64,000 bases of DNA. Origin: a virus (lineage: Duplodnaviria > Caudoviricetes). The notes below the pieces were generated by a model. It was given only the letters and a program-made list of their open reading frames with translations, did no database searches and was not told the origin of the DNA. How positions within the stretch are numbered: position 1 is the first letter of the stretch; each line of letters starts with the position of its first letter. Location of the stretch: positions 64,001-128,000 of IMG/VR virus record IMGVR_UViG_3300043754_000129; one strand, 5' to 3'. Positions 1 through 10,242 of the stretch are shown here, in pieces. The translations under genes were made by a program, and so were the position numbers.

Positions 1-769
1 CCTGAGCGTTCAGCAGCGACTTAGCCGACGATCGCGATTCCACACCCGAATCGTAGATCGAGCGATAGCCTTCAGTGAAGGAGCGCAGGATCGGCAGATG
101 GAAGTTCACGGAGTCGACGTCGGTAACCCGGCCGCGCGGACCCACGCATTGCAGCAGCTGATCGTGCTTGATCGTACCAGCACGCGACGCACGCGCGAGC
201 AGGCTGTGATCGAGCGACGTATCGTTCTTGATGACGTTGGTCATCGCGTTGTACGTGTCGCGCAGGTCGTCGTCGGTGACTCGGTCGAGCGGCTTTTCGT
301 AGAGCGGCTTTCGGGCCGCAATGATGCCGGGGTGATCGAGCATTTCGATGAAGTGCGTGATATCCAGAGACACCACGTATTCTTCCAGGCGATACGTGAG
401 ATCGTTGTACATCAGGTTGGTGATCTCATAGACGCGACGCGCCAGATGATCGAGTGTCGTCGACGGCGTACAGAACTCCGGATTGACGTACTCGTCATGC
501 ACGCTCCACACAACCTGAGCGAGGAGGTTCAGGTGAGTGTTGGAGCCGAGCGGCTTGCCATTGAGCACGCTCGCGACGTGGTGTTGCTTCTCGATCCGCT
601 TGAGGGGAAATTCACGGATCAAGTCCCACGCATAGGACGAATAGATAACCTCTCGGTGATTGGTCTGGATTTCACCATCATCCAAGACCAAGATGAAGTC
701 TCCGTGGAGTGAACCCCACAGATCCTCCGTCGACATCCCGAGCAGGGTGTGGACGCTAAAGCGACGCAT
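1..769 (-). CDS. Non-virion RNA polymerase beta'-like subunit, C-terminal-half polypeptide (phiKZ gp74-like); partial, runs off the window start
   Basis: Manually read open frame from ATG at 769 (MRRFSVHTLLGMSTEDLWGSLHGDFILVLDDGEIQTNHREVIYSSYAWDL...) with upstream AAGGA RBS. It is absent from the ORF track because no stop lies in the window. Position directly after the nvRNAP beta gene matches phiKZ gp71-73/gp74 order. Confidence 0.7.
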   Translation of the reverse strand, partial: MRRFSVHTLLGMSTEDLWGSLHGDFILVLDDGEIQTNHREVIYSSYAWDLIREFPLKRIEKQHHVASVLNGKPLGSNTHLNLLAQVVWSVHDEYVNPEFCTPSTTLDHLARRVYEITNLMYNDLTYRLEEYVVSLDITHFIEMLDHPGIIAARKPLYEKPLDRVTDDDLRDTYNAMTNVIKNDTSLDHSLLARASRAGTIKHDQLLQCVGPRGRVTDVDSVNFHLPILRSFTEGYRSIYDSGVESRSSAKSLLNAQ

Positions 770-817
770 GTTTCGTTTCCTTGGTTATCAGGGGTGGATT
801 GCTCCACCCCCATTTCG

Positions 818-3082
818 TTAGTGCTGGGTCATCGATGCGTGATACTCGGCCTTTTGCGGCAGCGCGTCCTCCACGCGCGGCGGTACGTAGGGCTCGTACA
901 CGAACTCAACGCCGGCGCACGCCAGGATGTGTTTCACATGCTGCAACGGTCGGGCACCGCCCAAGGGGATCTTCTCACGGTCGACCGCATTGTAGATGAC
1001 GGTCGGGTAATCGGATTCCAAGATGGCGTTGACAACGGCGCGGTGAGTCTCCGGATTGTTGTTGCGGTCCAGAATCTCGGCCGTGAGCCGTGCACCCGTA
1101 TACGCTGCCGTGATCCGGATTTCTGCTTCGCCGAACGCACGGATCGGCTGGCTGCGGTACGGCAACGCGTGCTTGTCCTGATTGCCCACTTGCGCGAGCA
1201 CGCCATAGTGCTGCGTGCGGCCCGAGGACACGGCGGACCAATCGTCGGCGGTCTTCTCCAGCAGGATCATGTACGTGCTGCCAATGCGCACCGGCACCTT
1301 GGTCGTAACACGACGACCCGAGTTGCCCACGTACGTGACCGGTCCATAGCAGCTCGAGAACTCGGCTTCCAGCATGCGCACGATGTCCGAGGTTTCCCGC
1401 GGGCAGTCAGTGGGCTTCCAGATATAGATGCCGTCCTTCACGACCTCTGCCATGTGTTCCGCTGGCATCTTCTTGTACGAGCCACCCACAAAGAGCGCAT
1501 GCATCTTCGGCGAGACGATCTCGTAATAGCGCATGAGGTGCTTCCATGCCTGATCGAAGAGTGGCCGGTTCTGCTGTTCGATCTTCTGGATCGCGGGCAG
1601 CGCGTGGCGATCTCCCTCCTGAAGACCGAACCATTGGCGAATCTGCTTGCTCGTGTCGCGGGAGAACGCGTTGATGTACGGCTCGTAATACGTGGATGGA
1701 TTCATCCGGTTGACAACGGACGAGGGATCCATCACGATGTCGGCGATGTTACCATCTGCGTCGCGCGGCATGTGCTCGTGGGGCAGGACGTGACAGATAA
1801 CGCCCTTATTGCCTGACGAGCCGGTGAGCTTAAAGCCGATGGTCGGCGTCACCGTGTATTCGATCACGAACTCGATGCGCCAATCATCGAGGGCCGATTT
1901 GCGATACAGCTTGAAGACGCGCTCTTTGGTCTCCTGCACGACGCCGAGTGCTTCATACACCAGCCGATGGAATTCCGGCGTGATCTTCAGCGACTCTTTG
2001 CGCTCGCGCTCGAGGCGACGCCATTCGTGAACGATTTCGCCGTAGAAGATCCGGCGGGCCTGGTCGTAGCGCAGCGATTGCGCATCCATGCCCAGCGGCG
2101 TGGGCGGGTTGTTCGCTTGCGTGTCGTGATGCACGCGGATGTCAACGACGCGGCCACCTTCGCCGTCGGCGTAGATCAGCTTGTCGAAGACGTGGTCGAT
2201 TTCCATCAGGTCATAGACCGATTGAGTCACGATCGCGAGTTCGCGGTCATAGCTCTGGTCCGTCTTTTCGTACGGGCGCAGTCCCATGAGGGCACCGTCC
2301 GGGCGCACGTAATCGCCGATGTCCGGATAGGCCTTGAAGGTGTGCTCGTCGCCGTAGAGGTTCAGCGGGAAACTCTTACTGCCGAACTCGACGAAGCGAC
2401 TTTCGTACTTCTTGAAGCTGATGTCCTTGAGGACCTTATCGCTGATGAGAATCCCGTCCTCAGAGGTGGCGGGGTGACTCATGTACGCGATGTTCATTTC
2501 ACGGCCGTACCGATAATTGCCGTCCGGGTCCACCGATGGGGAATTCGTGAGGACCGTGCCTGCTTTAATCGGCATGCCTTGTCGCAACATGCCGAGCTCC
2601 GGCGACATCTTGTTGCGGAATCCGAAGTAAGGGTGGTTCGTGGTCCACTGCTTCACCGAGACACAGCCGACTTCCTTGGTGACGTTGTGCTCGTAGATGA
2701 TCACGGTCTCGGGATTGTCCTGCTGTTGCTTCAGCACGGAATCCTGACCATACGTTTCCTTGTACCGCGGGATCACCTTAATGATCTCACAGTCCACGGG
2801 AATCTTCGTCGAGAAGGTATACTTCCCGAATTCACGCTCGGCGCCCGACTGCAAGCGCTTCACGTTGGAACCCAGAAGAACGAGACACTGACCGAGGTGG
2901 CTCGAGAACATCTGTTTCCGAGAGGACGAAATGTGCGCGTCCAACGGATTCATACAGCAGATGTTGAGCAACTCCATGTGCAGTTCGTTGGGCTCATCCC
3001 TCATCACGCCACGCTGTCCAGTTGCATGCTGCCAGACGGCGGACGAGATATGTTTCTCCGGGGTTGAGAACGTATCCGACAT
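818..3082 (-). CDS. Non-virion RNA polymerase beta-like subunit, C-terminal part (phiKZ gp71-73-like)
   Basis: RNAP beta motifs GFKLTGSSGNKGVICHVLP...MP...DIVMDPSSVVNRMN, MNIAYMSHPATSEDGILIS and SSRKQMFSSHLGQ. Start placed at MSDTF (3082) behind AAGGAA. Confidence 0.9.
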   Translation of the reverse strand: MSDTFSTPEKHISSAVWQHATGQRGVMRDEPNELHMELLNICCMNPLDAHISSSRKQMFSSHLGQCLVLLGSNVKRLQSGAEREFGKYTFSTKIPVDCEIIKVIPRYKETYGQDSVLKQQQDNPETVIIYEHNVTKEVGCVSVKQWTTNHPYFGFRNKMSPELGMLRQGMPIKAGTVLTNSPSVDPDGNYRYGREMNIAYMSHPATSEDGILISDKVLKDISFKKYESRFVEFGSKSFPLNLYGDEHTFKAYPDIGDYVRPDGALMGLRPYEKTDQSYDRELAIVTQSVYDLMEIDHVFDKLIYADGEGGRVVDIRVHHDTQANNPPTPLGMDAQSLRYDQARRIFYGEIVHEWRRLERERKESLKITPEFHRLVYEALGVVQETKERVFKLYRKSALDDWRIEFVIEYTVTPTIGFKLTGSSGNKGVICHVLPHEHMPRDADGNIADIVMDPSSVVNRMNPSTYYEPYINAFSRDTSKQIRQWFGLQEGDRHALPAIQKIEQQNRPLFDQAWKHLMRYYEIVSPKMHALFVGGSYKKMPAEHMAEVVKDGIYIWKPTDCPRETSDIVRMLEAEFSSCYGPVTYVGNSGRRVTTKVPVRIGSTYMILLEKTADDWSAVSSGRTQHYGVLAQVGNQDKHALPYRSQPIRAFGEAEIRITAAYTGARLTAEILDRNNNPETHRAVVNAILESDYPTVIYNAVDREKIPLGGARPLQHVKHILACAGVEFVYEPYVPPRVEDALPQKAEYHASMTQH

Positions 3083-3174
3083 GATCTGTTTCCTTGGTTG
3101 TACTTGATTGACCAACTTCGTTGTTACTACTACAGATTGATGATATGTAACTGAAATCCAATTAAGGAGAAGCA

Positions 3175-3540
3175 ATGGCGACTAGCACCACTGCGTCTGT
3201 GAACGGTCTGATGTTTAACGTGGGGCCATCGGACTATTACACAGATGCGTTCCGTCAGGTGTTAGAAGACCTGATGTACTACATGCGCAATACGCAAGGG
3301 CTGACCTCGACGTACAGCGTGACGCCTCAGAATGCCTGGGCGAATGATCAGGACCTCTACGGTTACCTGCAAAATGTCGTGGGCTTGGCTCCCCAGTATC
3401 ACTGGGTTACGATGCGTCTGAACAATCTGACGGATCCCACTCAGTTCGGTTCACACATCAAGAAACTGTTGGTTCCGAATCTCACGTGGCTCGAACAGCA
3501 ACGCTCCGCTTACGAAACCTCCTCAACGATCTCCAACTGA
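3175..3540 (+). CDS. Small virion/baseplate-wedge-like protein (T4 gp53/LysM-like pattern)
   Basis: 121 aa with AAGGAG RBS. DLYGYL...YHWVTMRLNNLTDPTQF resembles the gp53-like 'W.i...N.i.dP' pattern. It is the lone plus-strand gene in the block. Confidence 0.45.
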   Translation: MATSTTASVNGLMFNVGPSDYYTDAFRQVLEDLMYYMRNTQGLTSTYSVTPQNAWANDQDLYGYLQNVVGLAPQYHWVTMRLNNLTDPTQFGSHIKKLLVPNLTWLEQQRSAYETSSTISN

Positions 3541-3546
3541 GGACAA

Positions 3547-3596
3547 AAAAAGAAAGGCTCTCCAGGCGTTATGCTTGGAGAGCCTTCTATGCCGGC
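3547..3596. terminator. Bidirectional intrinsic terminator between convergent genes
   Basis: Stem AAGGCTCTCCA(3554-3564)/TGGAGAGCCTT(3576-3586), A-run on the left, CTATGCC on the right. Confidence 0.75.
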
Positions 3597-3599
3597 AAC

Positions 3600-5150
3600 T
3601 CAGATCATGCGTTGCATGCCCATCGGCTGCATGCCCATCTGCGGCTGGTAGTAACCTTGCGGTTGCATTCCCATTTGCGGTTGGTAGTAGCCCTGCTGCT
3701 GCGGCATCGGTGCACCCATCGCACCCGGTGCATTCCAGTTCTGGAAGAAACGGCTGGTCTGCGGACCCTGCGGTTGAACCGGATACATGCCACCGACCGG
3801 ACCGCCCGTCGCGTATGCCATCGCCGGATTGTGCGCCATCACGCTAGCGAAATCCAGACCACGACCCGTGTTCACCATCGGCGGCGGCGCCATGTACTGC
3901 ATCTGTTGCTGTTGCGGCGGCACGAACGTCATGGCCGGGTTGTACGCCGGCTGTTGCTGTTGCGGCTGCTGATGGGTCACGGCTTGCCAGCCACGTTCCA
4001 TTTGCTGACGCACATTGCGTTCGTTTTCACGCTGGGCGAGGAAGCTGTCGAGCGGTTGACCCGTGGCGACTGCCGTCTTCGTTTCGTGCGTCGGGACGGC
4101 TGCTGCCGGGGCCGTTGTCACGACCGTCGGAGCGGCGCTGGGTTGTGCTGCCGGAACCACGACGGCGGCTTGCACGGGAGCGGCTTGCGTTTGCACGCCC
4201 GGACCCGTGTAGACTGCACCCACGCTTTGCACCGGCATTGCTTCGGGCTTGTTGCCTTCGTCGGTGGCGCCTTCGTTGCCGGCTTGCATCGGCACCATGC
4301 GGATCTCGTTCATCATCGAGCCGAGATTCATGAACGCCGACTGCCAGTCCACGTCGATCATCAGTTCGTTGGCATCTTCGTTGCGGCTGAAGACGTCTTC
4401 GAACGTTTCGGTCACCGAGTTCAGCGCGCTGACGATCGCGAGCACCGATTGCATAAGTGCGTCGACGTTCGCGGCGATGTCGGAGTCGGAACCACGGTTG
4501 TACGAGCCCACTTCCTGAATGTTCGGGAAGATGTACTCGAGCAGCGCGAGGATGGCTTCCTTGTCCTTCACGCGACACTTCACGCCGTAGATGTCGTGCT
4601 CAGCTTTCTTGAGCTCGTCATACAGCGGGAAATGCACGACGCCCACGCGCTTGTAGCGCTTGCCGGCGACCGAACCCGTCTTCTTCAGGAAGAGCGTGAT
4701 GATGCGCTTGACGATCTGGTCGTGCGGCATGGCGCCGATGACCTTCTCGAACGTCGCGATCGTCTTGTCGTCCACGTTCTTGACCTTGGTCAGGAATTCG
4801 GACTGATCGGGCGTCAGATGCTTGTGTTCCGCGACCGACGCCGAGAGCGTCAGCAGCTTGAGCATCTGCGTGGCAGCCACCTGATTCAGATGGATCATCA
4901 GCATCTTGCGATACTTCTCGAGGATCTCCGATTCCCCGCGCGTGACCTGCTCCATGAGCGGATGGAACACGACGATGTCGGACTTGTCGGGTCGTGCGAG
5001 AATCGCTTGACTCGGCAACGCCAGGCGCCGTCCACCTTTGAGCGTGATCGGCATCACGGTTTCAGCCAGCTGCCCCGAGACCAGATTGTCCTCGGTGACG
5101 ATCAGGCCCGCCGTGCGCATCATGCTCTTGTACAAATCCAGCAGTTTCAT
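3600..5150 (-). CDS. Conserved chimallivirus core protein (phiKZ gp70 position) with Q/P/M/G-rich low-complexity C-terminus
   Basis: 516 aa, lying between the PicA-position gene and nvRNAP beta; the C-terminal ~200 aa are low complexity. Confidence 0.65.
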   Translation of the reverse strand: MKLLDLYKSMMRTAGLIVTEDNLVSGQLAETVMPITLKGGRRLALPSQAILARPDKSDIVVFHPLMEQVTRGESEILEKYRKMLMIHLNQVAATQMLKLLTLSASVAEHKHLTPDQSEFLTKVKNVDDKTIATFEKVIGAMPHDQIVKRIITLFLKKTGSVAGKRYKRVGVVHFPLYDELKKAEHDIYGVKCRVKDKEAILALLEYIFPNIQEVGSYNRGSDSDIAANVDALMQSVLAIVSALNSVTETFEDVFSRNEDANELMIDVDWQSAFMNLGSMMNEIRMVPMQAGNEGATDEGNKPEAMPVQSVGAVYTGPGVQTQAAPVQAAVVVPAAQPSAAPTVVTTAPAAAVPTHETKTAVATGQPLDSFLAQRENERNVRQQMERGWQAVTHQQPQQQQPAYNPAMTFVPPQQQQMQYMAPPPMVNTGRGLDFASVMAHNPAMAYATGGPVGGMYPVQPQGPQTSRFFQNWNAPGAMGAPMPQQQGYYQPQMGMQPQGYYQPQMGMQPMGMQRMI

Positions 5151-5199
5151 TGGTTATTCAAAAGGGGATTGCTCCCCTCTTGCCTTTTCTAATTGGTTA

Positions 5200-6735
5200 T
5201 TAGACGTTGCCGAAGAGGTTTTCCGGAACCGACGAGGTCGGGACACCACCTGCGCCGCTGTTGTAGCCAGCGCCCGAGTGATCCGCGATTTCATGGAAGA
5301 TCGCGCCGAAGTCATTCGACAACTGCGAGGCCAGATGCGCGTTCTGCGTGACGACCGGAACCATCAGTGCATCGGCGAACGACGGCGTGACGAACGGGAT
5401 CAGCGGGCCGCCGTTGAGGGAGATCTTGATCCAGGTCTCACCCAGCAGGTCGACTTGCATTTCCACGTAGAAGTCCATCTCGTTGTTGTACGAGATATCG
5501 AGCATGACCATCTGCTCGACGCGGCCGATGAAGTGGTCCATGTACAGCGACATGTCGAAGTCCGTGAAGCTGAGGACGTCGAGCACCTTCGTCGAGATAC
5601 GTGACTGCATGGCGTACGGAGCCAGGCCGTTTGCTGCATCGGCGAACACGCGACGGTTGGTGGAGATGAACGCCACCTTGGTCAAGCCGAAGTCGGTCAT
5701 GAGCGCCGGGATGGATTGGCTCAGCGTCGTCGCGACCTGAGTTTCCTTCTCGGAGCCGCCCCACGGAGAGGCGATACCCGAATTCACGTCGTACGCGGCT
5801 TGCGGGCCTTGCTGCTGCGTGATGCCTTGCATCGTGACGATGGTGCGCTCTTCTGCCGTCGGATCGAGCTTGAGCAGATCGGTCCACACGAAGAAGTTCG
5901 TCATGAAGCCATCGCGGAAGCCCGAGATCGCCTTGAAGAACGGATTGTTCTGGACCATGTTCTCCTGCACATAGCCCCGTGCGCCTTCGAGGATGTCCTC
6001 TTCGCGATGCACGCCGAAGTTGCGATCGAAGCTCGCGCGGCTGTAGCCGTCGAGCAGGTTCGCTGCGTAGTCCGTTGCGATGGCATTGGAGCGACGCGAG
6101 GCGATCGGCTTGCTGTCGAGCACCGTACGGATGTCGAGAACGTCGGCCACCGGCGTGATGTGATTCACCTTCATCGCTGCGTACACGTCTTCCGGACGCA
6201 TTTTGTACGACTGCACGTTACCGTAAGCGCCGGCGTAAGTCGGGTTCACGAGCACGTGCGAGTTGTCGATGATGTTGGTGTGCGTGCGCGGCCCAGTCGG
6301 AGTGTTCTCGATCTGGTTGCGAACGCTGATCACCGAGTTCACGTAGAACTCCATGCGCGGGTCGATAGCACCCGTCGCGGCGATCACGCCCGGATGGTTC
6401 GTGTAGCCGAGCACCATGACGTTGACGACGCCGCCCGAGAGCATGCGGCATTCGACTTCCATCATGAAGCGCAGACGGCGTTCGTTCCAACCCACACCGG
6501 CAATCGCCACTTGGGCTTCCGGTTGCGCAGTCGGTGCGATCACCTGGCTAGCGACACCCGCCAACTGAGGACCCGTGAAGCGCGTCGAACCTGCCAGCCG
6601 CTCGGAGAGCAAGTTCAGCGTCGAGCCTTGCAGCTGCGTCTGATACGGACGACTGAACTGCGTGTCGTAGCGACCCGTTTCGGCGAGCATGAGGCGTTTG
6701 ACAAATACACGACCGGTGGCTTGTGCGTTCAACAT
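5200..6735 (-). CDS. picA: Probable phage-nucleus protein importer PicA/Imp1 (phiKZ gp69 position)
   Basis: About 511 aa from MLNAQ (AAGGAG RBS). Assigned by synteny: immediately downstream of the gp68-like nvRNAP subunit and two genes upstream of nvRNAP beta. Confidence 0.6.
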   Translation of the reverse strand: MLNAQATGRVFVKRLMLAETGRYDTQFSRPYQTQLQGSTLNLLSERLAGSTRFTGPQLAGVASQVIAPTAQPEAQVAIAGVGWNERRLRFMMEVECRMLSGGVVNVMVLGYTNHPGVIAATGAIDPRMEFYVNSVISVRNQIENTPTGPRTHTNIIDNSHVLVNPTYAGAYGNVQSYKMRPEDVYAAMKVNHITPVADVLDIRTVLDSKPIASRRSNAIATDYAANLLDGYSRASFDRNFGVHREEDILEGARGYVQENMVQNNPFFKAISGFRDGFMTNFFVWTDLLKLDPTAEERTIVTMQGITQQQGPQAAYDVNSGIASPWGGSEKETQVATTLSQSIPALMTDFGLTKVAFISTNRRVFADAANGLAPYAMQSRISTKVLDVLSFTDFDMSLYMDHFIGRVEQMVMLDISYNNEMDFYVEMQVDLLGETWIKISLNGGPLIPFVTPSFADALMVPVVTQNAHLASQLSNDFGAIFHEIADHSGAGYNSGAGGVPTSSVPENLFGNV

Positions 6736-6736
6736 T

Positions 6737-8356
6737 TTAGAAGCTCCTTGAGGCCAACGCAATGGTGAGTTGCGCGAGTTTTACTTTGAAATTACCTGGT
6801 ACACCGTAGCTGCGATCCGACGTGTTCTGTTTGATCGAGCCAACCCACGCTTGGGGGAGCGTGAGAATCCAGGCATGTTCGGAGAGTCCCTTATCCATCA
6901 GATCGATGGACACTTCCGCGGGGCTTGGCAGGCGTTGCGTTTTCTGCTTGCCGCCTTGCTGACGCGGGAAGGGATACCACTTGGTAAGCTCTTCGATCGT
7001 CTGGGGAGACAACCGTTGACGAGGACCGCCTTCCGCTGCGGTATGTTCGTCATAGCTCGGACGCGGGATCGCCGAGACCAGCGCTGCCAGTTCCGGATAA
7101 CCCTTGTGCCAGTAGATTGCTTGCGCAACCGCCACGGCTTCGAGCTTCGAGTTCTTGTAGAAGTAGTGCAGAGCCTGCGGGCGCATCTGACCGCGATAGA
7201 CACGCATCCACGACGGGAAGCCTGCCGGATTCGTCGGGCGATTCGGGCCGCTGTAGTTCAGCACATACATCGTCAGCACTTCTTGCTGCTTGGTCGGCGG
7301 AACCGAGGCCAATTGCTTGACCGATTCGTAAGACGCTTCGAGCACGTCGAGCGGCAGGTCCGGACAGATCGTCAGTGCGATGCGTCGCATTTCGCGCGCT
7401 GCAAAGAGGAACGGGGCGATCTTGCCTTCGGCGATGTCGGACTTGACCTTGCAGCTTTCGAGTTTCGATTGCTGATTGTCATCCGAAGCAGCGGCGCCTT
7501 CGACTTTCTTTTCCCGCACGATCTGGCTAAAGCCATTGTCGCTGCGTTGCTTCGTCTTGTGCTTGATGAAGCTAAACATCTGCGAGGCGAGGTGAGCCTT
7601 CGGCTGAAGACCCTTCACATCGCTGATGATCAACTTACGCACCAGCACCAAGCCCATCATCCATTCCGGATAATCTTCGACCGACACCCCACCATGCAGG
7701 ATGTGACCGGAGTTGCTGATGTCCACCTTTTTATCGCTGGACAGTTGGGCGCGTACATACAGACGCAGACGATCCATCGGCGCCGACTTCGAGAGTTGAC
7801 TGCGCGCAAGCAACTGGAACGCGTAGTACTCTTTCCAATTCGGACCGAAGTCTTCCTTGATGTAGGCGATGAATTCGCCCCACACCGGCAAGAGCGGACG
7901 CAGGGCAATCGAGAGCCCGACGAGCCACACGTAATCCTCGCGCAGATAGGTCCCGTCTGCCGAACCCGGCATTTGGTACTGCACGAAGACTTCTTTCAGA
8001 TCGGGCGGCAAGAAGATCTGCCCGTAGAAATCCATCCAATGCTTGATGGAGTCAAGCGGATGGAAATCGGAGAGTTGCGCCACGAGGTTGAACAGGCTGT
8101 GCATCAGCTGCTCGTTGCTCGGGTAATCGCGGAAGACGTTTTTGATTTGCTCGTAGAGAGCGAAGATCTGGTCTTGCACGTCCATGGGGAGACGCGCCCA
8201 GTATTGATTGATCTCGCCGAAGACATCGTGTTCGAGCTTGGCGATGATGTTCTTGTAGTCGCTGATGTTGAAATCGATAGTGCGACCACGATGATGCAGG
8301 GTGACTTCTGACCGACTGGAATCCGAGAGACTTATGTTACTAATTCGCAGTTCCAA
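6737..8356 (-). CDS. Non-virion RNAP specificity (sigma-like) subunit, phiKZ gp68-like
   Basis: 539 aa, TTG start with GGAGG RBS, preceded by a TATATTAC motif. Size and position in the core block match gp68. Confidence 0.65.
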   Translation of the reverse strand: MELRISNISLSDSSRSEVTLHHRGRTIDFNISDYKNIIAKLEHDVFGEINQYWARLPMDVQDQIFALYEQIKNVFRDYPSNEQLMHSLFNLVAQLSDFHPLDSIKHWMDFYGQIFLPPDLKEVFVQYQMPGSADGTYLREDYVWLVGLSIALRPLLPVWGEFIAYIKEDFGPNWKEYYAFQLLARSQLSKSAPMDRLRLYVRAQLSSDKKVDISNSGHILHGGVSVEDYPEWMMGLVLVRKLIISDVKGLQPKAHLASQMFSFIKHKTKQRSDNGFSQIVREKKVEGAAASDDNQQSKLESCKVKSDIAEGKIAPFLFAAREMRRIALTICPDLPLDVLEASYESVKQLASVPPTKQQEVLTMYVLNYSGPNRPTNPAGFPSWMRVYRGQMRPQALHYFYKNSKLEAVAVAQAIYWHKGYPELAALVSAIPRPSYDEHTAAEGGPRQRLSPQTIEELTKWYPFPRQQGGKQKTQRLPSPAEVSIDLMDKGLSEHAWILTLPQAWVGSIKQNTSDRSYGVPGNFKVKLAQLTIALASRSF

Positions 8357-8406
8357 TTGGGGACCTCCTAAAAAGGAACTATCATTGTTGTTGCTTCAAC
8401 AAGGAA

Positions 8407-8414
8407 GTAATATA
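8407..8414 (-). promoter_or_regulatory. phiKZ-type early promoter motif TATATTAC
   Basis: Exact TATATTAC on the minus strand about 50 nt upstream of the gp68-like start. TATATTAC is the reported phiKZ early consensus. Confidence 0.6.
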
Positions 8415-8531
8415 TCGCCATTTCCTTGTTCATTCGTTTTACCAACTTCGTTCTCTACTGCGGCCGCGGGGAGCCCTTGACTCTCCCCGCGGATACTACT
8501 CCTTCACTCTCTCTGGTCAGCCTACATCAGC

Positions 8532-9284
8532 TTACCAGGGGATGTCGTCGTCCGACGTGGTCGTCGAGGTCTCGACCTGGCGCGAACCGCCGCCATTGCC
8601 ACCGCCGTTGTTGTTCCACTGGCGCTGGCCGCCACCTTGGCCACCGCCTTGGCCACCCTTACCACCAGTCGGATCCCACGGGATGTCCTTGTAGTTGTGG
8701 ATGATGAAGTGCGGCAGCACCGAGCGCAGCGTGTTCGTCCAGCCCAGCGCGAAGATTTCCGAGCATTCGCTCTTGCTGACTTGCTCGCCCGACTTGTGAA
8801 CGAGGTTGTGGAAGTCCGTGATGCCGAACGAGAACTTGATGCGCGGACGATTCGGCTTGAGCACCGACAGCCAGACGATACCGTCGACGTCCTTGCCGAA
8901 GTGCACTTCTGCGACCGGCATCGGACCGTCGCTGCGGCGACCGTTCATGAAGGTGATTTCCTTCACTTCCCACTTGATCTTGTCCTCGGTACCCGCCGGG
9001 CCCTTGGCGATGCGGTCGAGCTTTTCGAGCAGCGCGTAGAAGACGGGCGGATCGAACTCGGCCGTGATCTTGCCGTAGCCATTGCGTTCGCCCTGATCTT
9101 CCGGGTCACGCGTGGCGACCGTGATGCGAACGAAGGGCTCGCCGAACTTTTCCTTGATGAACACGCCAATCGACAATTGGCTGGTCTTGCCGGGTGCCGT
9201 CGGGCACGGCGTCAGCAAATGGAGACGACGATTGTCGAGGGCGTTCTTGGGACGCGGGGGCGCACGGAAGTTGTTATCGGCCAT
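8532..9284 (-). CDS. chmC: Probable ChmC-like nucleic-acid-binding protein (phiKZ gp67 position) with G/Q/N-rich tail ending DDDIPW
   Basis: 250 aa with a beta-rich core and disordered C-terminus, immediately upstream of the gp68-like gene. Confidence 0.55.
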   Translation of the reverse strand: MADNNFRAPPRPKNALDNRRLHLLTPCPTAPGKTSQLSIGVFIKEKFGEPFVRITVATRDPEDQGERNGYGKITAEFDPPVFYALLEKLDRIAKGPAGTEDKIKWEVKEITFMNGRRSDGPMPVAEVHFGKDVDGIVWLSVLKPNRPRIKFSFGITDFHNLVHKSGEQVSKSECSEIFALGWTNTLRSVLPHFIIHNYKDIPWDPTGGKGGQGGGQGGGQRQWNNNGGGNGGGSRQVETSTTTSDDDIPW

Positions 9285-9381
9285 GATAGTGCTCTTAGAG
9301 GTGTTGTAGTCAGTCCTTGGGTGGAGAGATGTTTCTATCCAAAGAATGACTTGTTTAGATAAAAAATGCCAGCAATTTTAT

Positions 9382-10242
9382 TTACTGACCGGTAATGATT
9401 TCTTTCAGGATGTCAGACGCCCAATGGTTCTTCATGGCGTCAATCGAGTACCGAATCCGATCGGTTGTTGTGACTTGGGACCAGTTGTATTGCTTCGCGA
9501 TCTCGACGAGCTCCTTGCGTAACTTGTTGTCCATCGGATGGAACGTTTCGTTATCCCCGAACACCTGGAGCATGTCCTCCCGAAACGGGATCATGACCAG
9601 TTCTCGGCCCTGATAGAACTTCGTGTACCACAGCGCCTTGGGCTTGATGATGCCCGTGTGGGACTCAATGAGGTCCATGCGCTTAAAGATCTTCGCCGAG
9701 AGCAGATCATACGCGAAATGCGTAAGAATGCACACGACAGGCAAGTCCGCCTTGTAGAACTCCAGCTTGCGCTTGAAGACCGACAGATTGTCATCGCCCT
9801 TGTGCTTGTGAAGGAGGGCCTCCATCGCGTGCGTTTGAAGGATCGTAAACGCCTTTTGCTTTTGCGTGTTATCCCGGCGAATGGTCGCCCGACGGTACGT
9901 CGTCTCCATGCCTTCGTAATTGCTTACGTAGAAGTGCACGGTGCAGCGCGGATTGAGGTCCCGCACAATCTCGGTGAGGTGCTCCATCTCTTGCGAGACG
10001 GTTTCCGCTGCTTCCACTGGATCCATCATCTCCGCGAGTGACTTCTCCAGGGCACCGATGAAGTTACGAAAGAGCGTACGCAGGTTCACCCACAACGCAT
10101 CGTACTTCAGAATGGGTGCCGGGGATTCCGGACGATCTTCGTAAATCCCCGCGAGCCCCTCCAGCGCAAGGGACGTCGCAATTGAGAGTGGATATTGTCC
10201 AACCGCTCGCTCCGCAATCCCTTCGCTGAACAGGTTCATCAT
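9382..10242 (-). CDS. Conserved chimallivirus core protein (phiKZ gp66 position; possibly nuclease-like fold)
   Basis: 286 aa; motifs SIATSLALEG, LWVNLRTLFRN and LIESHTG; lies between the SbcD-like nuclease and the ChmC-position gene. Confidence 0.55.
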   Translation of the reverse strand: MMNLFSEGIAERAVGQYPLSIATSLALEGLAGIYEDRPESPAPILKYDALWVNLRTLFRNFIGALEKSLAEMMDPVEAAETVSQEMEHLTEIVRDLNPRCTVHFYVSNYEGMETTYRRATIRRDNTQKQKAFTILQTHAMEALLHKHKGDDNLSVFKRKLEFYKADLPVVCILTHFAYDLLSAKIFKRMDLIESHTGIIKPKALWYTKFYQGRELVMIPFREDMLQVFGDNETFHPMDNKLRKELVEIAKQYNWSQVTTTDRIRYSIDAMKNHWASDILKEIITGQ

